Source: Erysipelotrichaceae bacterium
GTDB taxonomy: Bacteria; Bacillota_I; Bacilli_A; Erysipelotrichales; Coprobacillaceae
NCBI GenBank assembly: GCA_018365815.1
Contig: JAGZJH010000001.1
Span: 53,176 to 117,175, forward strand
Length of the DNA stretch: 64,000 bases
Reading direction: 5' to 3'
Shown here piece after piece: positions 36,479 to 47,704 of the stretch. The number at the start of each line of letters is the position of its first letter. Position 1 is the stretch's first letter. The translations under genes were made by a program, and so were the position numbers. The notes beneath the pieces are model-generated. The model did not search any database. It was given only the letters and a program-made list of their open reading frames with translations, and was not told the DNA's origin.

Positions 36479-39400
36479 TTACTCCTTTATATTTTTAAAC
36501 GCCGTTGAAAGCATTAATTTAATACGATTTAATTGATTAACTTCACTTGCACCAGGATCATAATCAATTGCAACAACATTACTTTGCGGATAAGCTTTTT
36601 TAAGTGCCTTAATCACGCCTTTTCCGGTCACATGATTTGGTAAACAAGCAAATGGTTGCATACATACAATATTAGGTGCTCCCTCTTCAATAAGTTCAAT
36701 CATCTCTCCTGTTAAAAACCAACCTTCACCAGTCATATTCCCTAATGAGACAATTTCTGATGCTTTTTTAGCAATCGTGTTAATTGGTGTAGGGGCATTA
36801 AAACGTTTTGATGCTTTTAATGCTTTAATCATGTCTTTTCTTAAAAAATCAATTAACCATATTCCACGATTACATAACCACAAAGTTGACTTTTTTCCTT
36901 CAAAATGATCTTTTTTAAAACGAGCATTATAAAAGCAATATTGGAAAAAGTCAATTAAATCAGGCATAACGGCTTCTGCCCCTTCTGCTTCAATAATATC
37001 TACAATTTCATTATTAGCGGTAGGGTGGAATTTGACTAAAATTTCTCCTACTAATCCTACTCGTGGTTTTTTAATATCTAATATTGGTAATTGATCAAAC
37101 GCTTCAACAATCTCATACACATTCTTTTTAAATTGTTTCATATTTCCATTAACAACATTTTCCTTACACTTTTCTATCCAAGACTGATATAACTGATTAG
37201 CTGATCCTTTAACTTTTTCATAAGGTCTTACTCGATATAACACTCTCATAAACAAATCGCCATACATTGCCCCAATCGCCACTTTTTTAGCAATCGAAAA
37301 ATTAATCTTAAATCCTGGATTGTTTTCTAAACCGGATAAATTGGCTGAAATAACTGGAATATGTTCCATATTCGCATCTTTTAATGCTTTTCTAATAAAA
37401 GCAATATAATTAGTTGCACGACACCCGCCACCGGTTTGAGAAATAATAACAGCCACTTTATTTAAATCATATTTTCCACTATTTAACGCATTCATTATCG
37501 AACCGGTAACTAAAATACTAGGATAACAAGCATCATTATTCACATATTTTAAACCTTGTTCAACTGCACCTGAATCAACTGAGGGCAATACTTCAAAATT
37601 ATACCCTTCAGATTTCATTGCCGTTTCAATAAATTGGAAGTGTAAAGGTGACATTTGAGGGCACAAAATGGTATATCCTTGTTTCTTCATTTCTTTTGTA
37701 AAAGGAACTTTCGTCACTTCATAGTTTGAATTAACATTCACATTTTTATTTTTCTTTAATAACGTTGCTTTTAAAGAACGAATTCTTATACGCACCGCTC
37801 CTAAGTTACTTCCTTCATCTATTTTAATTAATGTATAAATTTTATTACGTGTTTTTAATATTTCTGAAACTTGATCACAAGTTACCGCATCAACCCCACA
37901 ACCAAAAGAAGTTAATTGAATTAATTCCAAATTAGATTTTTTTGACACATAAGAAGCTGCTTTATACAAACGAGAATGATACGCCCATTGATCCACAACT
38001 CTTAAATCTAAATGCTCCTCATCTAAATGACATACACTATCTTCACTCAATACCACAAATCCCTCACTGGTAATTAATTTAGCGATTCCATGATTAATTT
38101 CAGGATCAATATGATATGGTCGTCCGGCTAAAACAATTCCAGTTAAATGGTTGTCTTCAATATATTTTAAAACACGCTTTCCTTCATCACGAACATCTTG
38201 ATGATAACGTTCTAATTCTTCATAGGATTTTTCAATCGCTTGATGTAATTCTAAATCACTGACATTAAATGCTTCTAATTCTTGTTTTAAAATTCCAAAC
38301 AATGTTTTAGGGTTATTTAATGAAATAAATGGGTTTTTAAAATTAATATGCTTTGATTGTAAATGATCGATATTATTTCTAATCACCTCCGGATAAGAAG
38401 CTACTACCGGACAGTTATAATGGTTTTTAGAATCGTTGTTTTCTTTTTTTTCATAAGCCACTGAAGGATAGAAAATAAATTTAATTCCTTTTTCTATTAA
38501 ATCTTCAATATGACCATGTACCATTTTAGCCGGATAACACACACTTTCACTTGGAATAGACTCAATTCCCTTTTCATAAATCTGTTTTGATGTTCTTGAA
38601 GAAAGTACGACTTTAAATTTTAATTCAGTAAAAAAAGTATGCCAAAATGGGTAGTTTTCATAAATATTTAACACTCTTGGAATTCCAACTACTCCACGAA
38701 TTGCCTCTTCTTCTTTTAAAGAGTGATAGTTAAACACTCGTTTATATTTATAATTAAATAAATTAGGTAATGATTTTTGCTTAAGTTCAACATTCGCTCC
38801 TCGTTCACAACGATTACCACTGATAAATTCTCTACCATCATTAAACGTAGTAATTGTTAACATACAATTATTAGTACATTTTCCACAGTTTTTCATTGTA
38901 TTTGCATAAGTTAATGCTTCTAATTGTTGTTCATTTAATAATGTCGACTGAGTGTCGTCATCTCTTTCTTTCGCTAAAATAGCCATACCATAAGCGCCCA
39001 TTAAACCAGCAATATCAGGGCGAATAACTTCTACTCCGGTCTCTTTTTCAAAGGCACGTAAAACTGCATCATTATAAAAAGTTCCACCTTGAACGACTAT
39101 ATTTTTACCTAATTGTTCTTTATTTTTTAATTTAATCACTTTATATAACGCATTTTTAATAACTGAATAAGATAAACCGGCTGAAATATCCTCTAATAAA
39201 GCCCCTTCTTTTTGGGCTTGTTTTACTTTAGAATTCATAAAAACAGTACAACGGCTTCCTAAATCAATAGGGGTTTTAGACATTAATGCTAGAGAAGAAA
39301 AATCTTCAATTGATTTTCCTAGAGAATGGGCAAAAGTTTCTAAAAACGAACCACAGCCAGATGAACATGCCTCATTTAAAGTAATATCTTGAATAACATC

Positions 39401-40699
39401 CTCTTTAATTGAAATTGCCTTCATATCTTGACCGCCAATATCTAAAATAAAATCTACTTCATTTAAAAATTGTTTAGCAGCTTTATAATGGGCAATTGTT
39501 TCTACTTCACCAAAATCAACTTTTAATGCCGCTTTAATTAAAGCTTCACCATAACCTGTCACACCGGTTTTTTTGATTGTACAGTTTTTAGGTAACATTT
39601 TATAAATTTCTTTTACTTTTTTAATGACTAAATTAAGCGGATTGCCTTCATTAGAGCTATAAAAAGAATATAAAATCGATCCATTGACATCTATTAAAAG
39701 CATTTTAGAGGTTGTTGAACCAACATCAATTCCTAAATACACATCACCTTGATAATCTTTTAAATCCACTCTTTTAACTTTCGCTAAATCATGTCGTTTT
39801 CTAAACAAATCTAATTCTTCTTGATGTTTAAATAATGGTTCTAAAACATGACTGACTTCATGTCCTTGATTTTTTAATTCTTTAAGTGTTTGAATAAATC
39901 CACTTAATGTCATGTCTTTTGGATTTTCTTTAGCATGAAGACTTGCTCCCATGGCGACAAATAGTTGAGAATTATTAGGGAAAATGATTTCATCATCTTT
40001 TAATGATAATGTTTCAATAAAACGTTGTCTTAACTCATCTAAAAAACAAAGGGGTCCGCCTAAAAAAGCCACCTTTCCTACAATTGGTTTTCCACACGCT
40101 AAACCACTGATTGTTTGATTGACAACGGCTTGAAAAATAGAAGCAGCAATATCTTCTTTTTTAGCCCCTTCATTAATTAAAGGTTGAATATCTGTTTTAG
40201 CGAATACACCACATCTTGAAGCAATTGGATAAATACGTTGATAATGTTTGGCCAATTCATTTAATCCTTTAGCATCTGTATGTAAAAGGGTTGCCATTTG
40301 ATCAATAAATGCCCCGGTTCCTCCAGCACAAGTTCCATTCATTCTTTGTTCTAATGCCCCATCAAAATATGTAATTTTAGCATCTTCGCCTCCTAATTCA
40401 ATGGCAACATCAGTTTCAGGGATATATGTTTCAATTGTTTTTGTACAAGCAATAACTTCTTGAATAAAATCAATTTTTAATGCTTTAGAAATTGATAATC
40501 CTCCCGATCCGGTAATAACAGGTGTTAAACTCATTTTAGGGTAGTTTGAATAAATCTTTTCTAATTCATTTAAAATTGTTTGTCTGACATCTGAATTATG
40601 TCGAACATAACTCTTATATAAACATTTATTTTCTTGATTAGTTAAATAGGTTTTAACAGTTGTTGAACCTACGTCAATTCCTAAAAAATATTCATTCAT
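36479..40699 (-). CDS. Large fusion protein: tandem BadF/BadG/BcrA/BcrD-type activase ATPase domains plus a 2-hydroxyacyl-CoA dehydratase-like (HgdB/DUF2229) domain
   Basis: Two GIDVGSTT(V/S)K ATPase starts (residues 7 and about 322), Cys-rich dehydratase-like C-terminus; 1406 aa. Confidence 0.7.
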   Translation of the reverse strand: MNEYFLGIDVGSTTVKTYLTNQENKCLYKSYVRHNSDVRQTILNELEKIYSNYPKMSLTPVITGSGGLSISKALKIDFIQEVIACTKTIETYIPETDVAIELGGEDAKITYFDGALEQRMNGTCAGGTGAFIDQMATLLHTDAKGLNELAKHYQRIYPIASRCGVFAKTDIQPLINEGAKKEDIAASIFQAVVNQTISGLACGKPIVGKVAFLGGPLCFLDELRQRFIETLSLKDDEIIFPNNSQLFVAMGASLHAKENPKDMTLSGFIQTLKELKNQGHEVSHVLEPLFKHQEELDLFRKRHDLAKVKRVDLKDYQGDVYLGIDVGSTTSKMLLIDVNGSILYSFYSSNEGNPLNLVIKKVKEIYKMLPKNCTIKKTGVTGYGEALIKAALKVDFGEVETIAHYKAAKQFLNEVDFILDIGGQDMKAISIKEDVIQDITLNEACSSGCGSFLETFAHSLGKSIEDFSSLALMSKTPIDLGSRCTVFMNSKVKQAQKEGALLEDISAGLSYSVIKNALYKVIKLKNKEQLGKNIVVQGGTFYNDAVLRAFEKETGVEVIRPDIAGLMGAYGMAILAKERDDDTQSTLLNEQQLEALTYANTMKNCGKCTNNCMLTITTFNDGREFISGNRCERGANVELKQKSLPNLFNYKYKRVFNYHSLKEEEAIRGVVGIPRVLNIYENYPFWHTFFTELKFKVVLSSRTSKQIYEKGIESIPSESVCYPAKMVHGHIEDLIEKGIKFIFYPSVAYEKKENNDSKNHYNCPVVASYPEVIRNNIDHLQSKHINFKNPFISLNNPKTLFGILKQELEAFNVSDLELHQAIEKSYEELERYHQDVRDEGKRVLKYIEDNHLTGIVLAGRPYHIDPEINHGIAKLITSEGFVVLSEDSVCHLDEEHLDLRVVDQWAYHSRLYKAASYVSKKSNLELIQLTSFGCGVDAVTCDQVSEILKTRNKIYTLIKIDEGSNLGAVRIRIRSLKATLLKKNKNVNVNSNYEVTKVPFTKEMKKQGYTILCPQMSPLHFQFIETAMKSEGYNFEVLPSVDSGAVEQGLKYVNNDACYPSILVTGSIMNALNSGKYDLNKVAVIISQTGGGCRATNYIAFIRKALKDANMEHIPVISANLSGLENNPGFKINFSIAKKVAIGAMYGDLFMRVLYRVRPYEKVKGSANQLYQSWIEKCKENVVNGNMKQFKKNVYEIVEAFDQLPILDIKKPRVGLVGEILVKFHPTANNEIVDIIEAEGAEAVMPDLIDFFQYCFYNARFKKDHFEGKKSTLWLCNRGIWLIDFLRKDMIKALKASKRFNAPTPINTIAKKASEIVSLGNMTGEGWFLTGEMIELIEEGAPNIVCMQPFACLPNHVTGKGVIKALKKAYPQSNVVAIDYDPGASEVNQLNRIKLMLSTAFKNIKE

Positions 40700-40711
40700 A
40701 TTTCCACCTCT

Positions 40712-41149
40712 TTATTTATCATTTTGTTGACTCATAAAATATGCCACACGTTTCATAATTCGTATGTATTCCTTTGTGTCATGTTCACCTAAAAAAGTTA
40801 ACACTTTAGAAAGATGCGTAATAGCGATCTCTCTTTTTTGATTAACGTGTTCTTTACCAAGATTAGTCAAATAGACGTTTATTTTACGTTTATCACTGGA
40901 ATCTGTTTTCCTTTCAACAAATCCCTTTTTAGTTAAATTTTTTAAAATAGCCGCTACTCTTGATGTATTCACCATAAAACGTTCACTAATATCATGGGCA
41001 GTGGCACCGTTTTTTTCATCAAATAAGTAAATTAACACTGCCACTTCACCTTTACTAATGGTAGTCACATGGTTTTTAAAAAAAGGGCGACTTTGTTCAT
41101 TTTTCATTAAATAAATAATTAATTCTTTTGCTTCGTTTTCGTAATCCAT
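40712..41149 (-). CDS. MarR family transcriptional regulator (probable start MDYENE)
   Basis: Winged helix-turn-helix AHDISERFMVNTSRVAAILKNLTKKGFVER. Promoter TTGACA-17-TAAAAT with TTGACAATATTTGTCGAA partial palindrome upstream. Confidence 0.75.
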   Translation of the reverse strand: MDYENEAKELIIYLMKNEQSRPFFKNHVTTISKGEVAVLIYLFDEKNGATAHDISERFMVNTSRVAAILKNLTKKGFVERKTDSSDKRKINVYLTNLGKEHVNQKREIAITHLSKVLTFLGEHDTKEYIRIMKRVAYFMSQQNDK

Positions 41150-41240
41150 AAAATACCTCACACCATGAGGCATTTTATATCTTTCGACAAATATTGTCAA
41201 ACTTTTTAACCTACATTCAACATTCTAAACGCTTACAAAT

Positions 41241-41272
41241 AAAAAAACGGTATTAAATCAATATACCGTTTA
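41241..41272 (-). terminator. Intrinsic terminator overlapping the def stop codon (AACGGTAT/ATACCGTT plus T7)
   Basis: 8-bp stem followed by a T-run on the minus strand. Confidence 0.6.
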
Positions 41273-41666
41273 AATGATCTATCTCATGTTGTATAATTTG
41301 AGCCGTTAATCCTTCAAAAGTCTTAATCCTCTTTTTAAACTGCTCATCTTCAAATTCTACTTTAATCTTTGGATAACGTTTCACTTCTCTTTGAGTAGCA
41401 TGTGATAAACACCCTTCCATAGTATTATAAATCTGACCTGAGAATTTAATAATCTTAGGATTGATTAAAATTAAAGATGAATTTTGAAAAGTGACAATAA
41501 TTATATTTTTACTTACCCCTATCATATTGGCTGCCATTCCTAAACATTCGCTTTGATAAAAAGCAAGCGTATCTTTCAAATCTTGAATAATTGAGTAATC
41601 TTCTTTAAAAGCCGGTGAAGATTTGATAGATAAAAATATTGGATCTTTGACTATTGTTTTAATCAT
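41253..41666 (-). CDS. def: Peptide deformylase
   Basis: GMAANMIG, EGCLS, QHEIDHLNG motifs. Confidence 0.75.
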   Translation of the reverse strand: MIKTIVKDPIFLSIKSSPAFKEDYSIIQDLKDTLAFYQSECLGMAANMIGVSKNIIIVTFQNSSLILINPKIIKFSGQIYNTMEGCLSHATQREVKRYPKIKVEFEDEQFKKRIKTFEGLTAQIIQHEIDHLNGILI

Positions 41667-41698
41667 GATTTATACTCCGATCTTATCATTATTTGAAT

Positions 41699-42499
41699 TT
41701 AGTCTTGAAGGTGACTATTCTGAGTTGATAAATACAAATGGTTTAACGGACCTCTACCATTGCCTAAATCTAATCCATCTTGAATAGCCCCTGTAAGATA
41801 CTCTTTAGCTAGTCTAATGCTTTCTTGTAAGGTATTCCCTTTTGCTAAAAAACAAGCAATGGCACTAGATAAAGTACACCCCGTTCCATGTGTATTAGGA
41901 TTATCAATTCGTTTTGATTTATACCATGTAAATGTATTCTTGTCAAATAGTAAATCATTGGCTTCTTGAAAATGTCCGCCTTTAATTAATACTGCTGTAT
42001 GAATTTTATTTGCAATAATCTTAGCAGCCTCAAGCATATCATTTTCATCATGAATTTGAATACCACTTAAAACCTCTGCTTCTGATAAATTAGGAGTAAT
42101 CACTGTGGCAAGTGGTAAAAGTTCATTAATTAAAGTTTTGGTTGCTGTTTTGTTTAATAAACGACTGTTGCTAGTAGAGACCATTACCGGATCAACTACT
42201 AACGATGTCACTTGATATTGTTTTAACTTTTTAACAATCGCATGGATAATATTTTCATCTTGAACCATACCAATTTTAACACTATCTGGAACAATATCAT
42301 TAAAGATACTATCTATTTGTGCTTCAACAAACTCCGGTGATACTTCGCTAATTCCTTGAACCCCAGTCGTATTTTGGGCAGTTAATGCCGTAATGACACT
42401 CATACCATAAACAGATAACGCACACATTGTTTTTAAATCCGCTTGAATACCGGCTCCACCACTACAATCAGAACCAGCTATTGTTAAAACTTTTTCCAT
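41699..42499 (-). CDS. thiD: Hydroxymethylpyrimidine/phosphomethylpyrimidine kinase
   Basis: LTIAGSDCSGGAGIQADLKT; located in the thiamine operon. Confidence 0.85.
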   Translation of the reverse strand: MEKVLTIAGSDCSGGAGIQADLKTMCALSVYGMSVITALTAQNTTGVQGISEVSPEFVEAQIDSIFNDIVPDSVKIGMVQDENIIHAIVKKLKQYQVTSLVVDPVMVSTSNSRLLNKTATKTLINELLPLATVITPNLSEAEVLSGIQIHDENDMLEAAKIIANKIHTAVLIKGGHFQEANDLLFDKNTFTWYKSKRIDNPNTHGTGCTLSSAIACFLAKGNTLQESIRLAKEYLTGAIQDGLDLGNGRGPLNHLYLSTQNSHLQD

Positions 42500-43128
42500 A
42501 TTCTATCCCTCTTTTTCCATGAAGTTAAATAAACATCACAAACTTCTTGAATATCTTCACCATCTTGTAAACCCACTGTTTGATAATTCAAAGAAGTCAA
42601 TGTCTTTAATACTACATACGAATCCTCTATAAAAATAACTTCTTGTTGATCAAAATTTAATATTTTTAATAATTGACTATAATCATCAATGGTTGTTTTA
42701 TTAAAATTAAAATCATTACACGTTAATATTTGATTAAAATATTTTCTTAACCCAAAACGTTTTAGCGTTATCTCTACAATCTTTGTGGTATTAGTTGTAT
42801 AAATATAAAGTTGAATCCCTTTTTGATTGCATTCTAATATAAATTTCTCAACATCTTTTTTTAATGTGACTTGTGTTAAATATTGATGAACAATAAGATT
42901 TGTGATTTGATTTTGGATTGTTTCAATACTTTGTTCAAGTTGAAAATGTTTTTTTAAATAAATCGATGATTCTTTTAATGTCATATCTTTAACTTTTTGG
43001 TCAATTTTATCATCACTAATATTTAAATTTTTTAAATATGTAGAAGCCAAGTGTTGCCATAAATTCATAGAATCTACAATCGTACCATCAAAATCCATGA
43101 TTATTGCTTTAATCATCAATGATTTCAC
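42484..43128 (-). CDS. HAD-superfamily hydrolase
   Basis: IMDFDGTIVDS motif I; located in the thiamine operon. Confidence 0.6.
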   Translation of the reverse strand: MKSLMIKAIIMDFDGTIVDSMNLWQHLASTYLKNLNISDDKIDQKVKDMTLKESSIYLKKHFQLEQSIETIQNQITNLIVHQYLTQVTLKKDVEKFILECNQKGIQLYIYTTNTTKIVEITLKRFGLRKYFNQILTCNDFNFNKTTIDDYSQLLKILNFDQQEVIFIEDSYVVLKTLTSLNYQTVGLQDGEDIQEVCDVYLTSWKKRDRIWKKF

Positions 43129-43753
43129 TCACTTTTTCATACAATTCTTTTGTTTTTGATTGGATATGGTCTCCTTTAAATATGGCTGAGACAACTGCAA
43201 TTCCGTTAATATGACTTCCCCTTAACAATTTCACATTATCTTTTGTAATCCCACCGATAGCCACACTGTATATTTTTGAGTTTTCAGTAATTTGTTTTAA
43301 TGTTTTAATTGAAACATCTGTGGCATCTAATTTTGTTGAAGTATTAAAGACTGCACCGATTCCAAAATAGTCAATGTCTAAATCTTTAGCTTTTAAATAT
43401 TCATCATAATTATGAATTGAAAGTCCGATAATTTTATCCGGTCCTAAAATTTCTCTTGCCTTAACAACGTCTAAATCATCTTGTCCTAAATGAACCCCAC
43501 TTGCATCAATGGCTTTAGCCACTTTAAGATTATCGTTAATAATTAAAGGAATATTGTGAGCCTCAGTAACTTTTTTAACTTTAGAAGCAATTTCAATAAA
43601 CTCTTGATCTGTGCAGTCTTTTTCACGAAGTTGTATCATTGTGGCATGACCTAAAATCGCTTGTTCAACTGCATCTTCTAATGTTTCATTTTCCTTTAAC
43701 CATTGTCGATTAGTAATTGCATATAATTTTAAACTTTGTTTATCTAATCTCAT
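43109..43753 (-). CDS. thiE: Thiamine-phosphate synthase
   Basis: Family-typical sequence and operon context. Confidence 0.8.
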   Translation of the reverse strand: MRLDKQSLKLYAITNRQWLKENETLEDAVEQAILGHATMIQLREKDCTDQEFIEIASKVKKVTEAHNIPLIINDNLKVAKAIDASGVHLGQDDLDVVKAREILGPDKIIGLSIHNYDEYLKAKDLDIDYFGIGAVFNTSTKLDATDVSIKTLKQITENSKIYSVAIGGITKDNVKLLRGSHINGIAVVSAIFKGDHIQSKTKELYEKVSEIIDD

Positions 43754-44558
43754 ATTTTGCTCCTTGTATTAATTCTTTTGAATCTACTAAACTAATAGCA
43801 TCTATTAGATAAGTTTTATAACTTGAAGTCCCTTTGTTTTCTTGTTTTATTTGATCATATGCTTTTTCACCACAATATCCCATCAAACACACTGCACACA
43901 TCACTGCTTCTAAAGGGGAATGAGAGTTTGCTGATAAATAAGCATTAATTAAAGCAGATAACATACACCCTGTTCCTGTTACTTTTGACATTAAAGAATG
44001 CCCATTGTAAATTAAATAAGCTTTTTTCTCGTTGGCAACAATGTCAATTTTACCAGTAATGACAATAATACTTTCATATCTTTTTGCCATTTGTTTAGCT
44101 AAAATAATAAGATCATCGAGATTATTTTGATCTATTTGTTCATTAGCATCTACCCCTCTAGCAAGGCCATGTCCTTCATAAATCGCTTTAATTTCAGAAA
44201 CATTTCCTTTAATTACACTAAAATGAAGTTGATCTAATAATTCGTAAACACAATTTGTTCTTAATTGACTCACTCCCATTCCAACCGGATCTAATGAAAC
44301 CGGGTGATTTAGTTCATTGGCTTTTTTTCCGGCCTTTATCATTGATTTAATGGTTCTTTGGTTTAATGTTCCAATATTAATATTTAAACCATTACAAATA
44401 GAAGTGACTTCTTCTACTTCCATTTCATCATCAGCCATAATTGGTGAAGCATTAGCAGCTAGTAAAATATTAGCACAATCATTGACTGTCACATAGTTTG
44501 TAATACAGTGAATCAACGGATTTTCAACTTTAACATTTTTCATCATTGTTTCAAACAT
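43740..44558 (-). CDS. thiM: Hydroxyethylthiazole kinase
   Basis: NDCANILLAANASPIMAD, DPVG, GTGC motifs. Confidence 0.85.
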   Translation of the reverse strand: MFETMMKNVKVENPLIHCITNYVTVNDCANILLAANASPIMADDEMEVEEVTSICNGLNINIGTLNQRTIKSMIKAGKKANELNHPVSLDPVGMGVSQLRTNCVYELLDQLHFSVIKGNVSEIKAIYEGHGLARGVDANEQIDQNNLDDLIILAKQMAKRYESIIVITGKIDIVANEKKAYLIYNGHSLMSKVTGTGCMLSALINAYLSANSHSPLEAVMCAVCLMGYCGEKAYDQIKQENKGTSSYKTYLIDAISLVDSKELIQGAKYEIR

Positions 44559-44580
44559 AATTACGCTCCTTTATATCTAA

Positions 44581-44708
44581 AAAGTCCTCCTAGGATAATT
44601 GTCTAGGAGGACAAAATTTTCAATCATTCCTACGTTGGCATTATCCAAATCAGGTTTATGGGTCGAAGTTGATGACTTCCTCTCAGCCTACTACATAAGC
44701 TCCCCGTT
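44581..44708 (-). ncRNA. TPP (THI-box) riboswitch with terminator expression platform, leader of thiM-thiE-HAD-thiD
   Basis: Minus strand shows ACGGGGAGC...CTGAGAGG...ACCC...AACCTGATTTGGATAATGCCAACGTAGGAA. A 10-bp perfect hairpin GTCCTCCTAG/CTAGGAGGAC plus T5 sits before the thiM ribosome-binding site. Confidence 0.85.
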
Positions 44709-44714
44709 AATTAT

Positions 44715-46229
<1,515 letters not shown>

Positions 46230-46260
46230 TCACTTTACCAAAATACATCTTTGAATTTTC

Positions 46261-46290
46261 AAAAAAATAAAAAGAGAAGCGCACTTCTCT
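46261..46290 (-). terminator. Intrinsic terminator (AGAGAAG/CTTCTCT plus T-run)
   Basis: Hairpin plus a T-run on the minus strand after the 46289..46819 gene. Confidence 0.5.
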
Positions 46291-46819
46291 AATCTGTTAA
46301 TTCATATAAATTATAATGATAATATAAAAATGATAAAACAGTTGCCATAATACCCATTACAAGCATCCCTGCAATACATAAATATCCAACCATCTTTCCA
46401 GCAAAATAGATATTATGAATTGTATTTGTATAAATATTTAAAATCGTATATTCCATAACCAAAAGTCTAGCACTCATGATATTTAAAATAATACAAACAA
46501 CATTAATCAAAACCAATATTTTACGTTGATTGCTTTTTAAATAACAAAGAAGCATTAAAATCAGTCCATACGCAATATAGTATAACGTAATTGAAATATG
46601 CAAATCTAAATCTACAATTCCTACATAATCATACATAAAACTATATAACGTAAAACAAAATAGTAAAACTGGAATAGCGATTAATAACTTATTTATCCAA
46701 AATACATATTTCAAAATACGATGATGTGCAATTTCAAATTTATATTTTAATAAATATTTAATTTCAAATAATGCAAAAATAATACTTATAAATATTCCTA
46801 ATAGTACTAAAACCCCCAT
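46289..46819 (-). CDS. Hypothetical integral membrane protein
   Basis: Several hydrophobic helices. Confidence 0.35.
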   Translation of the reverse strand: MGVLVLLGIFISIIFALFEIKYLLKYKFEIAHHRILKYVFWINKLLIAIPVLLFCFTLYSFMYDYVGIVDLDLHISITLYYIAYGLILMLLCYLKSNQRKILVLINVVCIILNIMSARLLVMEYTILNIYTNTIHNIYFAGKMVGYLCIAGMLVMGIMATVLSFLYYHYNLYELTD

Positions 46820-46834
46820 TAAAACCTCTCCCCT

Positions 46835-47347
46835 TTATTTAAGTTTAACAGTATATTTTTTTAAATGTTTAATCACCGCAATAGCACTTAATCCTGTAAA
46901 AATCCCAGTAGGTATCGACGTTACAAATAGTAATACAATAAATGATGCCATTAAGATTGATTGGTAAATATATACAACAACTATAATCTGCCCAATACCA
47001 TGAAAAATAGCACTGATAATTGAAATAGAAACAATAGGTAAGTCTGTTAGTTTTTTAGCTAACATAATTGCAATACTACTTAATAACACCCCACCTACTG
47101 AAATAAACCACACATAATTAAAAATTGATCCTCTTAGTAATCCCCCTAAAACAACTCTTAAAATATTTACAATAAACATTTCTTTAGTTGAAAATAACTC
47201 AATAGTTACTAATGAAACAATATTTGCAAAACCAAGTTTCACACCATAAGGCAGTGGAATTGCTAAAGAAGCTTCAAACATATGCAAAGCAATCGCCATT
47301 GTGGATAATAATGAAACATAAACTAACTTTTTTGTTTTTTTATTCAT
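46835..47347 (-). CDS. Gx transporter / heptaprenyl diphosphate synthase component I family membrane protein
   Basis: 170 aa, five transmembrane helices, family-like sequence. Confidence 0.45.
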   Translation of the reverse strand: MNKKTKKLVYVSLLSTMAIALHMFEASLAIPLPYGVKLGFANIVSLVTIELFSTKEMFIVNILRVVLGGLLRGSIFNYVWFISVGGVLLSSIAIMLAKKLTDLPIVSISIISAIFHGIGQIIVVVYIYQSILMASFIVLLFVTSIPTGIFTGLSAIAVIKHLKKYTVKLK

Positions 47348-47704
47348 CTATGATTCACCTAATTGTGCTTTAGCATCTTTTAATGCATTTGATACAGCCT
47401 CTAGAACACCATCACTTGTTTTAGTTGCTCCTGTGACTTCGTCTACATTAGTTGTGGTGTTGGCTTGAATAATTTTATCAAATAATTCAGTTTCTACTTC
47501 TTCATAATAACTTGCAGTTTCACTATGACTATTTGTCACTATTTGAGTAATTTTACCATTTTCAATAGTCACTGTAAGATCAATAACTCCTCCCATACCT
47601 TGACCTTCACCGCTAAATGATCCATCAGCGTATTCAACCTTAGGTTCATTTTTACATCCAGTCATACATAACAATAAAGTCAATATAATTAATATTTTTT
47701 TCAT
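47348..47704 (-). CDS. FMN-binding domain lipoprotein
   Basis: Lipobox LLCMTGC; TGATKTSDG FMN-binding motif. Confidence 0.6.
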   Translation of the reverse strand: MKKILIILTLLLCMTGCKNEPKVEYADGSFSGEGQGMGGVIDLTVTIENGKITQIVTNSHSETASYYEEVETELFDKIIQANTTTNVDEVTGATKTSDGVLEAVSNALKDAKAQLGES

